From: an uncultured bacterium
GTDB lineage: Bacteria; Verrucomicrobiota; Verrucomicrobiia; Limisphaerales; UBA8199
DNA: 64,000 nt
NCBI GenBank assembly: GCA_963749495.1
Contig: CAVVMW010000006.1
Location: 608,001 to 672,000 of the forward strand
Direction of reading: 5' to 3'
Every line of letters begins with the position of its first letter. Position 1 is the first letter of the stretch. The notes beneath the pieces are model-generated. The model was given only the letters and a program-made list of their open reading frames with translations, was not told where the DNA came from and made no database searches. Below, in pieces: positions 20,601-31,000 of this stretch. The translations under genes were made by a program, and so were the position numbers.

Positions 20601-23525
20601 GAGATAGCCGCCGGTGACGTTCGGAGCGTTGGTGTCCGTGGGCTGGAGCGTGGGGATGTCCACGCGGTTCTTGCCGATCTTGATTTTCTCCTCCAGCACG
20701 TAGAGGCCGCCGTAATCGGCCAAGGTAATCGGCCCGGCCGCGCCGGAGCCGACCTTGAGAAACACCTCGACGAACCGGGTGCGGGAGCTGTAATGGCCCA
20801 GGTCGCGATAGAGTCCAAGGGCCAGCGGATTGTGCATGAGGCATTTGTCGTACTTATCAATGCCGTAAAAGATCCAGTCATTGTCCGAGGGCATGCCAAG
20901 CAGTTCGACATTGCGGTTGGCGCCGTATTCATCCTCGGTCTGGACGCGCAGGTTGGGTTTGGGATTCCAGAATGTGGCCTGGCCGCGCCGATGGAAATAG
21001 CCCTGGACGGCGAGGTCCGGGGGGTTGAGCATCGAACTGCGGCCCTGGCTGCGGGTGTCAAAGACCTGCATGGTCATGAACTGATCGGTGGTGGCGGCCA
21101 CGGGCCCTCCGCCCATGTCGTGGAAGATGATGATCGGCAGGTCGGAGGTGAAGGTCGCGGCGTCGGCCGCAATCTGGAGGTAGGTCTCGTTGTGGAGCGG
21201 ACCGGGGAAGAGATTGGTCTGGGCCGAGAAGGCGCGCGCGCGGACCTGGACGCTGGAGGAAATGGCCAGGGGCTGAGTGTAGCGGGGAGAATTGGCATCC
21301 GGGGCGTTGGTGATGGTGGCGAGCGAACCGTTGTTGATCAACAGGTAGCGAATGACGGCGTTGGTGTCCGCCGTGCTCAGGGCCAGCGTGAAGGGCTGGC
21401 GGAAGGTCCGGCTAACAACCGAGAACTGGACCTCGGGACCGAAGCCCGGGCCGAAAGTGGAGTTGGCCGCGCCCGGGGTCGGCTGGACGAAATAGCCGGT
21501 CATCGAGGGATCCAGGCGATCGCGGCCGTAGGAGACATCCGCGTACTGCGCCGGGTAGGAGGCGAAGGCCGAGAGAATGGTGGCCCCATCGGAATACACC
21601 AGCGCCAGGTAACTGCCGGCGGCGGTCGAGAGTTTGAAATTGGTGTGCAGCGGCGCCGCAGGGTCGGTGTGGTCCAGGCCGGAGGCCCAGACCAGCAGGT
21701 AAGCGCCGGCCTCGAGTGTGACCCCGCCGGGGAAACGCCACTTGCTCAGCGTAGCGGGGTCGTCGGTCAGGTACCAGCCGTCCAGGGCGACGGGCTGCTG
21801 GCCGGCGTTGTAGAGTTCGATCCAGTCGGCGTGCTGGCCGGCATCGTCCACGATGGTGTGCTTGTTGTCGGCCATGAACTCGCTGATGATGACCGACCGG
21901 TTGAGCGCGGAGGGATCGAGGGTGTAGCTCCAATTGCCGCCGTCGAAGCGGTTGGAGCCGGCGCACAAATCGGTGATAGCCTGCGCGGGGCTCCACGCCG
22001 CCAGGACCGTTCCCACGGGCGGTTGCGGGAAGTCAAAGACACACACATCCGGGGCAGCGACAGTCAGGTTCGCGGCGGGCAGACCGTTGATCAGCAGGTC
22101 GCTGGCCTGGACGCCCGCGACGCCCTTGGTGAAATGGACCTCGATCTCGCCCAAGGCAGCCACCGTGGCGCCGGGCGCGGGGATCACCCGGAGCACGGCG
22201 GGCGGGTTGGTGTCGCGCAGGACAGTCAGAGTGGCGACGCTGCTGGTAACGGAGAGAGTCACGCCGCCGACAAGGTTCCAGGCCACGGCCTTGAACTGCG
22301 CCCCATCGCTGCTCAACGGCGCCGAAGCGATGGTGAAGGTGGCATTGGTGGCGCCGGAGAGAGCGGCTGCGCCTTCATACCACTGGTAGGCAGGGGGCGG
22401 GATGCCCCGGGCTGCGACGCTGAAGGTGGCCGGGGACAGTTCGAGAACCGCCTGGCTTTGAGGCTCCAGGGTGATGGCCGGCGGCGTGGGCCCTTGAATG
22501 GTGAAGGCCTGGATGCCGTCGGCGGTCGCCATGGCGTAAAGGGCCGCGCTGTTCCCGCTAATCTCGCCCCAGGTGACAGACCCCGTGCTGTGCGCATCGG
22601 CGGGCAGCGTCCCGGTGGTGGCATTGGCCTGGCCCAGGAGCGCCGGCGCGGCCGGGTCGGTCATGTCATAAAGGCTCACATGGTTGTCCACGGTGCTCAG
22701 GGCCGCCATCAAGGGGACACCCGCCACGACCGCGAAGCTCAGTGCCCGTTCATCGGCCGAGGCCAGGGCCGGGCTGGCCACCAAGGTGCCGTTGCTGCCT
22801 GAAAAGCCGGTATAACGCAGGGCGCTGCCGGCCCCTCCTTGAGTGCCGGCCACATGGCCGGAATCGGCGAAGGCGATGCCCAAACGGAAATCGCCCGCAG
22901 CAGGCGCAACGCCGCCAAAACTCACCGCCGTGGCCGTGCCGGCACTCGGATCGATAATCGCATAGCCATTGTTGCCCGCCACACTCGGCGTGCTGCCGAA
23001 CCCCGCCGCCAGACGCGTCGCCGTGCCGCTGCCGATGGCCGCCAGGGTGTCTCCCACTCGAACGCCCGCCAGCGGCAGGCCGCTATAGACCACCTCCGGC
23101 AGTGTGCTGGAAAGCTCATTCGCCCACCGGTAAACGCTGAACGGCGGTGTCCCCACCGCCAGGTTGCCCACATAAATGGCCCCGTCCTCTCCCACGGCCA
23201 CCATATCCACATTGAAGGTGCCGCCCGCAACGATGCCCGCCCCCAGGTTGAGCGCCCCCAACTCGGACCCCGTCTGCGCATCCAGGATGCGGACCGTATC
23301 GCCGTTGCTGCGGCTGACCAGGTAGAGGTGGTTGTTGCCGTAAGCCAGGCCCCGCTCCGTGTCGCCGCTCGTCAGGTAGGAATAGGTGCTGCCGTTATAT
23401 CCATTGGGCGAGAGCCAGCCGTTTTGGCCGAACGTGGTCATGGGCGCAATGCTGAACTGCGCCTGGGCAGACAGGGCCAACGCCAGCCAGAGAGCCGATG
23501 CGCCGAGCCGGGAGGCAGGTTTCAT
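17610..23525 (-). CDS. Large secreted protein with Ig-like, multiple lamin-tail and CotH kinase domains
   Basis: Signal peptide; lamin-tail motifs IISEFMA/DWIELYN, VVTEIMY/EFIELKN, VLNEAL, VINELMY; CotH motifs GLYVLEEKIK, GPLWDFD; C-terminal DxDGDG repeats. Confidence 0.85.
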   Translation of the reverse strand: MKPASRLGASALWLALALSAQAQFSIAPMTTFGQNGWLSPNGYNGSTYSYLTSGDTERGLAYGNNHLYLVSRSNGDTVRILDAQTGSELGALNLGAGIVAGGTFNVDMVAVGEDGAIYVGNLAVGTPPFSVYRWANELSSTLPEVVYSGLPLAGVRVGDTLAAIGSGTATRLAAGFGSTPSVAGNNGYAIIDPSAGTATAVSFGGVAPAAGDFRLGIAFADSGHVAGTQGGAGSALRYTGFSGSNGTLVASPALASADERALSFAVVAGVPLMAALSTVDNHVSLYDMTDPAAPALLGQANATTGTLPADAHSTGSVTWGEISGNSAALYAMATADGIQAFTIQGPTPPAITLEPQSQAVLELSPATFSVAARGIPPPAYQWYEGAAALSGATNATFTIASAPLSSDGAQFKAVAWNLVGGVTLSVTSSVATLTVLRDTNPPAVLRVIPAPGATVAALGEIEVHFTKGVAGVQASDLLINGLPAANLTVAAPDVCVFDFPQPPVGTVLAAWSPAQAITDLCAGSNRFDGGNWSYTLDPSALNRSVIISEFMADNKHTIVDDAGQHADWIELYNAGQQPVALDGWYLTDDPATLSKWRFPGGVTLEAGAYLLVWASGLDHTDPAAPLHTNFKLSTAAGSYLALVYSDGATILSAFASYPAQYADVSYGRDRLDPSMTGYFVQPTPGAANSTFGPGFGPEVQFSVVSRTFRQPFTLALSTADTNAVIRYLLINNGSLATITNAPDANSPRYTQPLAISSSVQVRARAFSAQTNLFPGPLHNETYLQIAADAATFTSDLPIIIFHDMGGGPVAATTDQFMTMQVFDTRSQGRSSMLNPPDLAVQGYFHRRGQATFWNPKPNLRVQTEDEYGANRNVELLGMPSDNDWIFYGIDKYDKCLMHNPLALGLYRDLGHYSSRTRFVEVFLKVGSGAAGPITLADYGGLYVLEEKIKIGKNRVDIPTLQPTDTNAPNVTGGYLLSIDKANPGVQDYLAGAYCWYLDPDYFEITAPERAAQLQYIRNWFSAFYSALNGPNWTNPATGYAPCIDLDSCIDYHLHQTLVFNVDALRISTYFNKPRSGPLVLGPLWDFDRCFGTRTDDDARGFNPRRWRSADGDNGTDMFNPAAIFDNPWYGVLFKDPDFWQRWIDRYQTLRRTLYHATNIMARIDSLASQVREAAPRDAARWAGSDGSDTSPRSGAVSGDGLTYTFPTPGTYQGEVDFTKYWFSNRLDFMDSNFLNAPVFSGNGGAITPGYSLTLTASTRESNSTIYYTLDGTDPRLPGGAVSPKALAALNSATLTLANNARVFARNYNALHHNLTGANNPPLSSSWSGPTAATFIVATPPLVVTEIMYDPPPAPSGNIDNDQFEFIELKNAGAQPLNLLGASFTDGISFTFTAANPITSLGPGQYLVLVRNLAAFQSRYPEVTNIAGQYTGALNNTGDHLRLQGPLQEPILDFAYEAAWYPATAHHGFSLVIRNENAPLYSWTNPASWRPSTEWGGSPGRADPPPPSIPPVVLNEALTHTDPPQLDSIELLNPAASPAPIGGWFLTDSHSEPLKYCIPANTVIPPGGCTVFTEDQFNNNGPYSFRLNSLGQELYLFSGDGTNITGYCHGFSFGAQANGVTFGRYVSSDGLEHFVAQKRNTLGLPNAGPKVGPIVINELMYAPPPFGPDADTADEYVELRNITPQAAPLFDPLYPTNTWRLGGAVSFSFPQGATLPPLACLLVVSFDPNCDPASLDWFRKLYGVDTNTPIFGPYQGHLGNQGESLCLYFPDTPQGPADPSPGFVPYVLADEVQYSGQPPWPAGTDGTGNSLQRIASAVFGDDPANWEAAAPTPGLLNQGAATVDSDGDGLPDEWKLAYGLDPTDPTGLNGPQGDPDGDGFTNYQEYIAGTNPRDSQDFLKFSAISLLNQSCLLTFSTHPGRIYAVDSLDSLAPTNTWTTFTNNIPGTGNPVTISEPLAPSPRFYRLKVSLSP

Positions 23526-23622
23526 GAATGCAGGATACTGGGATAAAGGCGAACGCGGACCCATACAAATCAAGCTCATTGGCAGCCGATGCTCCTCCTG
23601 ATGGCCTGGGGTGTCAAGAGGG

Positions 23623-23966
23623 GAGTGTCGAGGGACGACGGGCGAGGGAATCCGGAGTGGCCGTCCCTGGTGCGATTAAAAGCGTCGGGCATGCGCCTTG
23701 GGGGTTTTGTCCCGGAGGGACATCTGACAATAGCCCGGCGTTTCAACGCCGGGGAGGCCACAAAAGGGAGCCTCGTCCCGAAGGGACGACTGAGAACACC
23801 CCGTGCTTTCAGCCGTCCCTTCGGGACGCCTGCTCCCTGGGTCCGCTCACCCGGCGTTGAAACGCCGGGCTATTCTCGGAAGCCCCTGCGGGGCAAAAAC
23901 GCGCCGTCGGCTGACCGACCGTTTTAATCGCACTCGGCCGTCGCTCCCTCCTCGTCCCTCGCCACT
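23623..23966. repeat. Nested repeat cluster: heptamer arms, GTGCGATTAAAA inverted ends, REP doublets
   Basis: gtgcgattaaaa (23670) / ttttaatcgcac (23922-23933); cccggcgtttcaacgccggg and cccggcgttgaaacgccggg; cgtcccgaagggacg and cgtcccttcgggacg. Confidence 0.8.
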
Positions 23967-24051
23967 CCGTTCTGAAGCTCTGTCAGCGCAGTATAAGTAA
24001 CAGTTGTGCCCCCGCCGGGCTTTATCGGCGGACTGCGCCTCTCTGCCGCAC

Positions 24052-24125
24052 GTCGGTGTTGGACAATCGAGGTCGGATATGGATAACCATTTCGGTTTTA
24101 GACAATAGTTTTGGTTTGAAGGCAA
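24052..24125 (+). promoter_or_regulatory. Direct-repeat array TCG-N6-GACAA with 19-20 bp period (putative operator)
   Basis: gtcggtgttggacaa, gtcggatatggataa, ttcggttttagacaa upstream of the AraC gene. Confidence 0.6.
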
Positions 24126-24267
24126 CGGCTCGCGCATCATTGACTTGAACCAAGAAGTAAAAATGTCAGAGTGCCTGCCAATCACAGTTCCGCGACTCTC
24201 GGATTTCGCTGCGCCCGAATCCAGTGCAGCCTCCGGCCAACCTCGGTCCAGCTACGGGAGGTGAAAA

Positions 24268-24735
24268 GTGAAAGGAAGTCTCCTGACAATGAAAGAATGG
24301 GAAGAGGTCGCGCGCGAGGCGGACTTCAACCCCGGCAGGATGGCGGCGCTGTGCTCGATCTCCGAGCGCCAGTTGCAGCGGCTTTTCCAGCAGCACCTGC
24401 GGTGCACGCCCAGCCGGTGGCTGCGCAACCTCCAATGCCGGCTGGCCAAACAACTCATTGCCAAGGGCTATTCCAACAAGGCGGTCGCCACCGAGTTGAA
24501 ATTCTCCAGCCAGTCCCATTTCTGCCGCGAGTTCAAGAAGGTGTTCGGCATGTCGCCCCAGACCTTTGCCCCCGCCCACGACAGCAGCGCGCCCTCTTCC
24601 CACAGAATCTCCCGCGAAAGCTGGAGCGCCCTCGACGCCGCACCCCCCAGCAGGCATGAAAGCGTGTCGAGTGTCGAGTGTCGAGGGAACCCGGAACGGC
24701 CGTTGCCCGCCCCTGCGATGTCCGATGACTTATGA
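24268..24735 (+). CDS. HTH-only AraC-family transcriptional regulator
   Basis: ISERQLQRLF...TPSRWLR...KAVATELKFSSQSHFCREFKKVFGMSP; no N-terminal sensor domain. Confidence 0.9.
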   Translation: MKGSLLTMKEWEEVAREADFNPGRMAALCSISERQLQRLFQQHLRCTPSRWLRNLQCRLAKQLIAKGYSNKAVATELKFSSQSHFCREFKKVFGMSPQTFAPAHDSSAPSSHRISRESWSALDAAPPSRHESVSSVECRGNPERPLPAPAMSDDL

Positions 24736-24841
24736 ACCACGGGTTAGGAGTATCTTATTCTTATCCTAAAGATTGCACGATCTTATCCACGGCCGTCCCG
24801 GGCACTGGGACAGCAAAAGAGCGTAACTGGGGAGCAATGAC

Positions 24842-24914
24842 ATCGCTTTTAGACAAGAATGTCGCGCAGGGACAATCAATGTCGCCCTCGGACAACAATG
24901 TCGGTTTTAGAACA
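24842..24914 (+). promoter_or_regulatory. Direct-repeat array TCG-N6-GACAA x4 upstream of the giant protein gene
   Basis: atcgcttttagacaa, gtcgcgcagggacaa, gtcgccctcggacaa, gtcggttttagaaca; spacing 19/20/19. Confidence 0.65.
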
Positions 24915-25070
24915 TCCTTTTCATTTGCCTGGATCTCTGTGGTTGGGGTTAATCGCAGGCAAGGGCGCAGGTGCCGCTCGAAACGTGTTATGAGCGGGTG
25001 CCGAAAACCGGACGCGCTAACGTAACGACCAGAGTGTCCGACCCTGACCAAAGTAACCGAACGACCTAAT

Positions 25071-28000
25071 ATGAAGAACAACACCAGCAAGACTCGAAGT
25101 CCCCGCGCGTGGGTTCTGGGTGGCCTGGCATCCCTCATGATGTCACTGCCCGTCTTGGCACAACACATCTCGCCCGCGACTTCGCCCAATGTACCCATAA
25201 CGATCATCGGCGCATCGCCCGTAGTCTTCACCGCGGCCTCGCCGTACCCATCGATTATCGATCTGACGGGGGCCGGCATCAGCGGCCCGATCGAGAAGGT
25301 CACGGTGTCCGTGACCCTGACGCACAATTACACGCGCGACGTGGGTCTGCTCCTGGTGGGTCCGGACGGGACAAGCGTGGTGTTGATGAACCACGCCGGC
25401 ACCGGCCCGGTCCCCAAGGACACCGTGCTCACCTTCGATGACCAGCACGGCACGGCCATTGGCCCGACTGCGGCCCTGACCTCCTCTACCTACCTGCCCA
25501 CGGACCTGAGCGGGCCCCCCCGCGAGGACTTCGTGAACGCGAGCGCCACCCCAGACATCTCAAAGGGCAAACCCCCGCTGACGGCCAACTGCGCCACCAC
25601 TCTCGCCGCGCTGATAGCAAATCTGCAGCCGGACCCCACCAAAGGGCCCGCCAGCGTCAACGGGGCCAACGGGAAATGGGCGTTGTACGTCCAGGACGAT
25701 TCCTACGCCAGTGCCGGCAGCATCAGTTCCTGGTCGATCAATATTTACACGGGGCCGTCGTGGAACACACTCTCCGCGGATACGGTAACGCTCTCGGAGA
25801 ACGACGGCTCACAGACCATCAATTTCACGCTCAATGATTACACCATCCCGTCGGGCGGGTTCAAGGTCACGCTCGCGGACAACAGTGGCACACAAAAGAC
25901 GTTGGCCACGATTAGCCCCGGCACTTTCGCTAACCTGAGCGGCACGCTCACGTTCACGCCTGTTCAGAACGTGTACGGCACCAACGTGCCCGGCGCGATC
26001 AGCAGCACCCCGCTCGTCTTGACCGTGGACGACCAGCTCGGTCTTCCATACAGCACGTACACCACGAACATTAACGTGCAGGTCGCCCACGTGAACCAGC
26101 CCCCCTCCTTCAGCAAGTTCCCCTCTAGTGTGACGCTGAACCAGGGTCAAATGAGCGCGGTCTTGACCGCAACCCTGTCCGACGCGGACTTTTCCTTGAC
26201 AACCGAGCCGCTCGTGATTACGGTTACATCGGACAACCCCAGCATCGTCTCGGCGACCGATGTCTTCCTGGATCCCACCCAGCCCCTGAATGCCCAGGGC
26301 GACCGCACCTTCACGATCATCCCGAACGCCGACGCGGTGGGCTCCTGCAATCTGACCTTCACCGTCACGGACACCAGCGACGTCGCGACCACCCACCTGA
26401 CGGCGACGGCGGTCTTGCCGGTGACCATCAACGCGGCGCCGCAGCAGGTCAATGGCAACCCCGCCCCCATCATTCTGAGCGCGAGCACCGCCACGAGCAA
26501 AATTACGCCCAGCGGCGTGGCCGGCGTCATTGCCAGCAACACCGTGGTGGTCAACGGACTGAGCAACGTGGATCCCAAGACGCTGCAACTTCTCCTGACA
26601 TCCACCAAGGGCGGCAAGGTGGTGACCCTGCTCTCTCCCAATGCGGCCTATACCGGCACCACGACGAACTTCTCGCAGCTCGTGTTTGTCAACGACAATA
26701 GCAGCAGCGTCACCGCCCTCCCCGCAGGCGGCACTTCCACCAGCCCCCTCCTGATTTATGCCCCCAACCTGAACAACGTCGTGGGTGACTCGCCCGACAA
26801 CACCTGGACCCTCACGGCCGTCAACGGCGCGGCCGCCTCCGGCACCTCGCAGATCGTCAACGGCTGGGTGATCAATTTCTACATCGCCCCAATCATCACC
26901 TTGAGCACCTCCAGCACGACGTTGACTGAAGGCGACGGCGGGAACAACAGCCTGGTCGTTACCTTCTCGGTTTCTGACCGAAACGGGTACTTCCTGACCA
27001 ACAACAACGTGAACGCTTACAATGTCAGCGTCGCATCAACCGCCGGCCCCTCCGGCCTGATCGGCATCACCAAGGTGTTCTTCAACCCGACAAACCAGGC
27101 CGACACCGGCACGGCCACTCTCACCTCCCTCTACGCGGCCAACACTGTGCCCCAGTTCGGCACCAGCACCATCACGGTGAGCGTGACCGACAACAATGGT
27201 TTCACGGGGACGACCAACATTACGGTCAACGTGCCCTTCCAAAATCACCAGCCCAGCGTGACCTTCGTTCCCAAGCAGCTTCCCTATGCGGGCGTGCCCA
27301 CGGACCCGATTCCGTTCACGGTGAGCGACGTGGACGCCCCGAGCCAGACGCTGACGGTCACGGTTTCCGCGGACAACCAGAAGTTCCTGCCCAACAGCAA
27401 CATCATTCTCACGCAGGTGAGCACGGACCCCACTAAGAATGCCACCACCTATACATTGGTTCTGTACCCGGTTGGACCGAGCGCCGGCTCCGCCAACGTT
27501 TTCATCAACGTTGACGACGGCTCTGGAAAGGGCAACAGTTCGGCCAGCACCAGCTTCCCCTTCATCATCATCGGTCCCGGCAATCCTCAGGCTGCGAACC
27601 TGACGCAGATCAATATTCCGGTCAATAGCGCCGCAGGCCCCTATCCCTCGACTGTGACCGTCAGCGGCCTGATTGGAACGGTGAGCAAGGTGACGGTGGA
27701 CCTGTTTGACCTGGAATTCAACCAATACCTGAATGGGCTGCACATGTTGCTCGTGTCTCCGGACGGCACTCATTTCGCCGAGCTCATCAGAACTCTGGGC
27801 GACCGCACCCTCAACACCGCGGGCAACACCCCAAGCGCGACCTTGATCCTCGAGGATGGGGCGCCGAACCTGCCCACCGGGTCCGGCCTCGGGGGGCTGG
27901 TCTCGGGGACCTTCGCCCCGACCCAAGGCTCTGGCCCTGGCAGCGTATATCCGCCTTACCCGACCGCCCAAAACAACAAGGTTCCGATCGGCCCCTACGG

Positions 28001-31000
28001 CACCTCGCTCTCCGCCGCCTTCAACGGTCTGAGCGGCGCCGCCGTCAACGGCACCTGGTCGCTCTATGTTTATGATGACAGCTCTAGCGGCAAAGGCGCG
28101 CTGCTCAATGGCTGGCAATTGAGCATCATCACCCTGCCCAACGTGCAGCCCATTGGCAACACCAACATGCTGGAGAATAGCGGGACCACCACGATCCCCG
28201 TGCTGGTGGGTGACCTGGAGGCCGGCGTCGGCATCACCGTCAACACGATCGTAACGCCGGTGGGCCAGACCGTGGGTCCCGTCATCACGGCCACCCCCAA
28301 CGAGGACAGCAGCGGAAACTGGACGCTGGCTCTCAAAACGCTTCCGTTCGTGACCGGCACGAACCAAGTCGAGGTATCGGCTCATTTGGGCAACTTCACT
28401 TCCCCTTCCCAATTCTTCTTCGTTACGAACGTGCCCACGGTTTTGCAACCGGTCATTATTGAAGGGGCCATCTCGCCGATCACCCTTAACCGCGCCTCCC
28501 TGGGGACCACCACCTTCCATGTCTGGGATCCTCAAAACACGGCCGTGAGCGTCGCCGCCTCTTCGGGCGACGTCGTCCTTGGGGGTGGCGTCAGCTCCAG
28601 CATCGGGCCCTCGTCCGGGACCACCAATTTCGTCGGCGGCGGCACCTATCCTTACTACCCGGTTACGATCACCGTTCTGCCGGCCAGCGACCTCTACGGC
28701 CCTGCCACGGTGAGCGTGACCGTGTCGGATGCCGCGACACCCGCCCAGAAGACCTCCACCTCATTCGCCGTCACGGTGAACAAGGGCGGCCCGTTGTTTG
28801 CCAATCTGGACACCTCGCCGCTCAGCCCGATTCTCATTCCGATGGGCTTCCCGTTGTCGAGCAATGCCTATACCACCAACTTTTCTGGCGCCATCATTGG
28901 GGGGTTCCCCTCGACCATCACCGTTGCCGGCCTCCAAGGCGGCTACATCAGCGGCCTGGAGGTAACCTTGGTGGGCCTGCGGCACCCGTCCCCCGGGGAC
29001 CTGGACGTGCTGCTGGTGGCCCCCGACAACAAGACCGCCGCGGTGCTGATGGCCCACGTGGGCGACGGCACTCCCACTCCCGCCGGCGGTGTCCGCCTGA
29101 CCTTTGACCAGGTCAACGGCGCCACGCTTGTCCCGGGCAATCCCCTCGTCAACGGAACGTACCTGCCCTTGAAGAATAACGCCTCCGGCCTCCAGTTCTC
29201 GCTCCCCAAGGGGTTCAACGTTGCCACGCCCTACGGCTCGGACCTCAGCGTGTTCACTGGTCTGAGCGGCGCTAATCTCAACGGCACCTGGTCGCTCTTT
29301 GTCATGGCCGATAACCTGGGCGCCTTCAACCCAAACGGCTCCATCAATAATTGGCTCCTGTCCATCCAGACCAGCCCGGGTGCGGCGCCCATTGGCCCAC
29401 AGACCACGTTCGAAAACGTTCCCCTGGTCCTCACTATCCCCATCCTCAGCGACATGACTAACGATCTCTCGTCATTCTCGCTCTCGGGCACCAGCGCGAA
29501 CGATGAGCATAATTATAACACCAACTTTTTTAACGGCAGCTATGCGAACAGCTTTAATGTGCGCGTGGTCCAGAGCGCCAGCACCACGACCCTCAGCCAC
29601 ACGAATCTCACCAACGGCATTTGGCAACTGACAGTGACACCAACGCCCAATTTCCCGTCCTTTGAGGTCGCCGCAAACCCCAACGCCTTCCCCACCAATG
29701 TAAATGTCACCGTCGATATCAACCTGACGGCAACGGACGGCAATTCGCCTTACCCGATATCGTTCCCGTTGACGGTTCTGTGGTCGAACATCCCGCCGGT
29801 GATCACTACGACAACCCCGGCAGTGGAGGTCTCCGAGGGAACACTTACCACGCTCTTCCATTTCTTCTTCCATGATCCCGACTCGCAGCTCCATAAGAGC
29901 GGCGTGTCAGTGTCCGCCCGCCCGTATGACGCCAATCCGGTCAACGCGCTCTTTATCACCAACCTCAGCAACAGCAGCATTGCCGATGACATCTCCCAGG
30001 GAACCTCCGATACTCAAGTAGATACTACCGTTGGGCTGACCGTTGCCCATGGCACCAATCTCATCAACTTCTCTGTCACCGACGGCAACACCCTGACGAC
30101 GCTCACGGTGACGCAGATACTCGATCACGTGTACCAGGCCCCGCTCATCACCGGCCTGAAGTCGGGCTATACCTTCCTCAACGGGGGGCCGACCCTGCCA
30201 ATCACCTTCACGGTCAGCAGCATCGAGGGCGTGGACCCCTCTGCTATCACGGTGACGGCCACCTCCGACGCCCAGAGCGTGGTGCCCGATGCCAACATCA
30301 GCGTGTCGTCCCCCGGCAAGGACGGCACCACGACCATCGTGTTGACCCCGCTTGGCTCGGCCGTCGGCACGGCGAATATCACCGTCACGGCCGCCGACCC
30401 GACGAAGGCCTCCAGCCAGACCAGGTTCGCCGTGCTCTTCCTGGCGCACCCCGGCTTGGTGGGAACCGGCCCGATCAACATCACGCCCAACGGTGTGACG
30501 GCCATCCCGCTCCAGACCGCGAACCTGGTCGGCAATGTCTATAATGTGCAGTTGGAATTCAAGGAATTCGGCGCCTCCAATCCGAACGATGTGGACATTC
30601 TGCTGGAGAGCCCGGACGGGACGGAGGTAATGGTCATGTCCGGCGCCGGCGGCACCGCTGCCGTTACCAATCTCGACCTGCTCTTTGACCCCACGACCAT
30701 CAAGGCGCAGCAGATCCCGCCCGCGGGACCGCTGCAGGGCGGCACCCCGTACCTGGCCAGCTACTATAGCGGGACCAGCCGTCTGCCGCTGCCCGCGCCA
30801 TTTCCGGCCCAGCCGGCCGGTGGCTATCAGGCCACCTTGAGGGCCTTCCAGGACCAGGCCACGGCCAACGGAACCTGGACCCTCTACATCAATGACGCGA
30901 AAACTGGCGAATTCGAGGCCATTTCAGGCGGCGTTTTCCTCAACGTCATCACCCGCCCGGTGCTCAGGTTCAATCCGGCCCCCGTGGTCATGGGCGAAAA

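Noticed and set aside
17511..22802. Long plus-strand ORFs (980 aa, 669 aa) and similar antisense ORFs such as 4605..6506, 34819..36669 and 62621..63853
   Set aside because: Shadow frames opposite real high-GC genes; no recognisable motifs.
24950..25070. c-di-GMP riboswitch in the leader of the giant gene
   Set aside because: A hairpin ending gggtgccgaaa is present, but the conserved GCAAAC/GAAA/GACGCAAAG core was not found.
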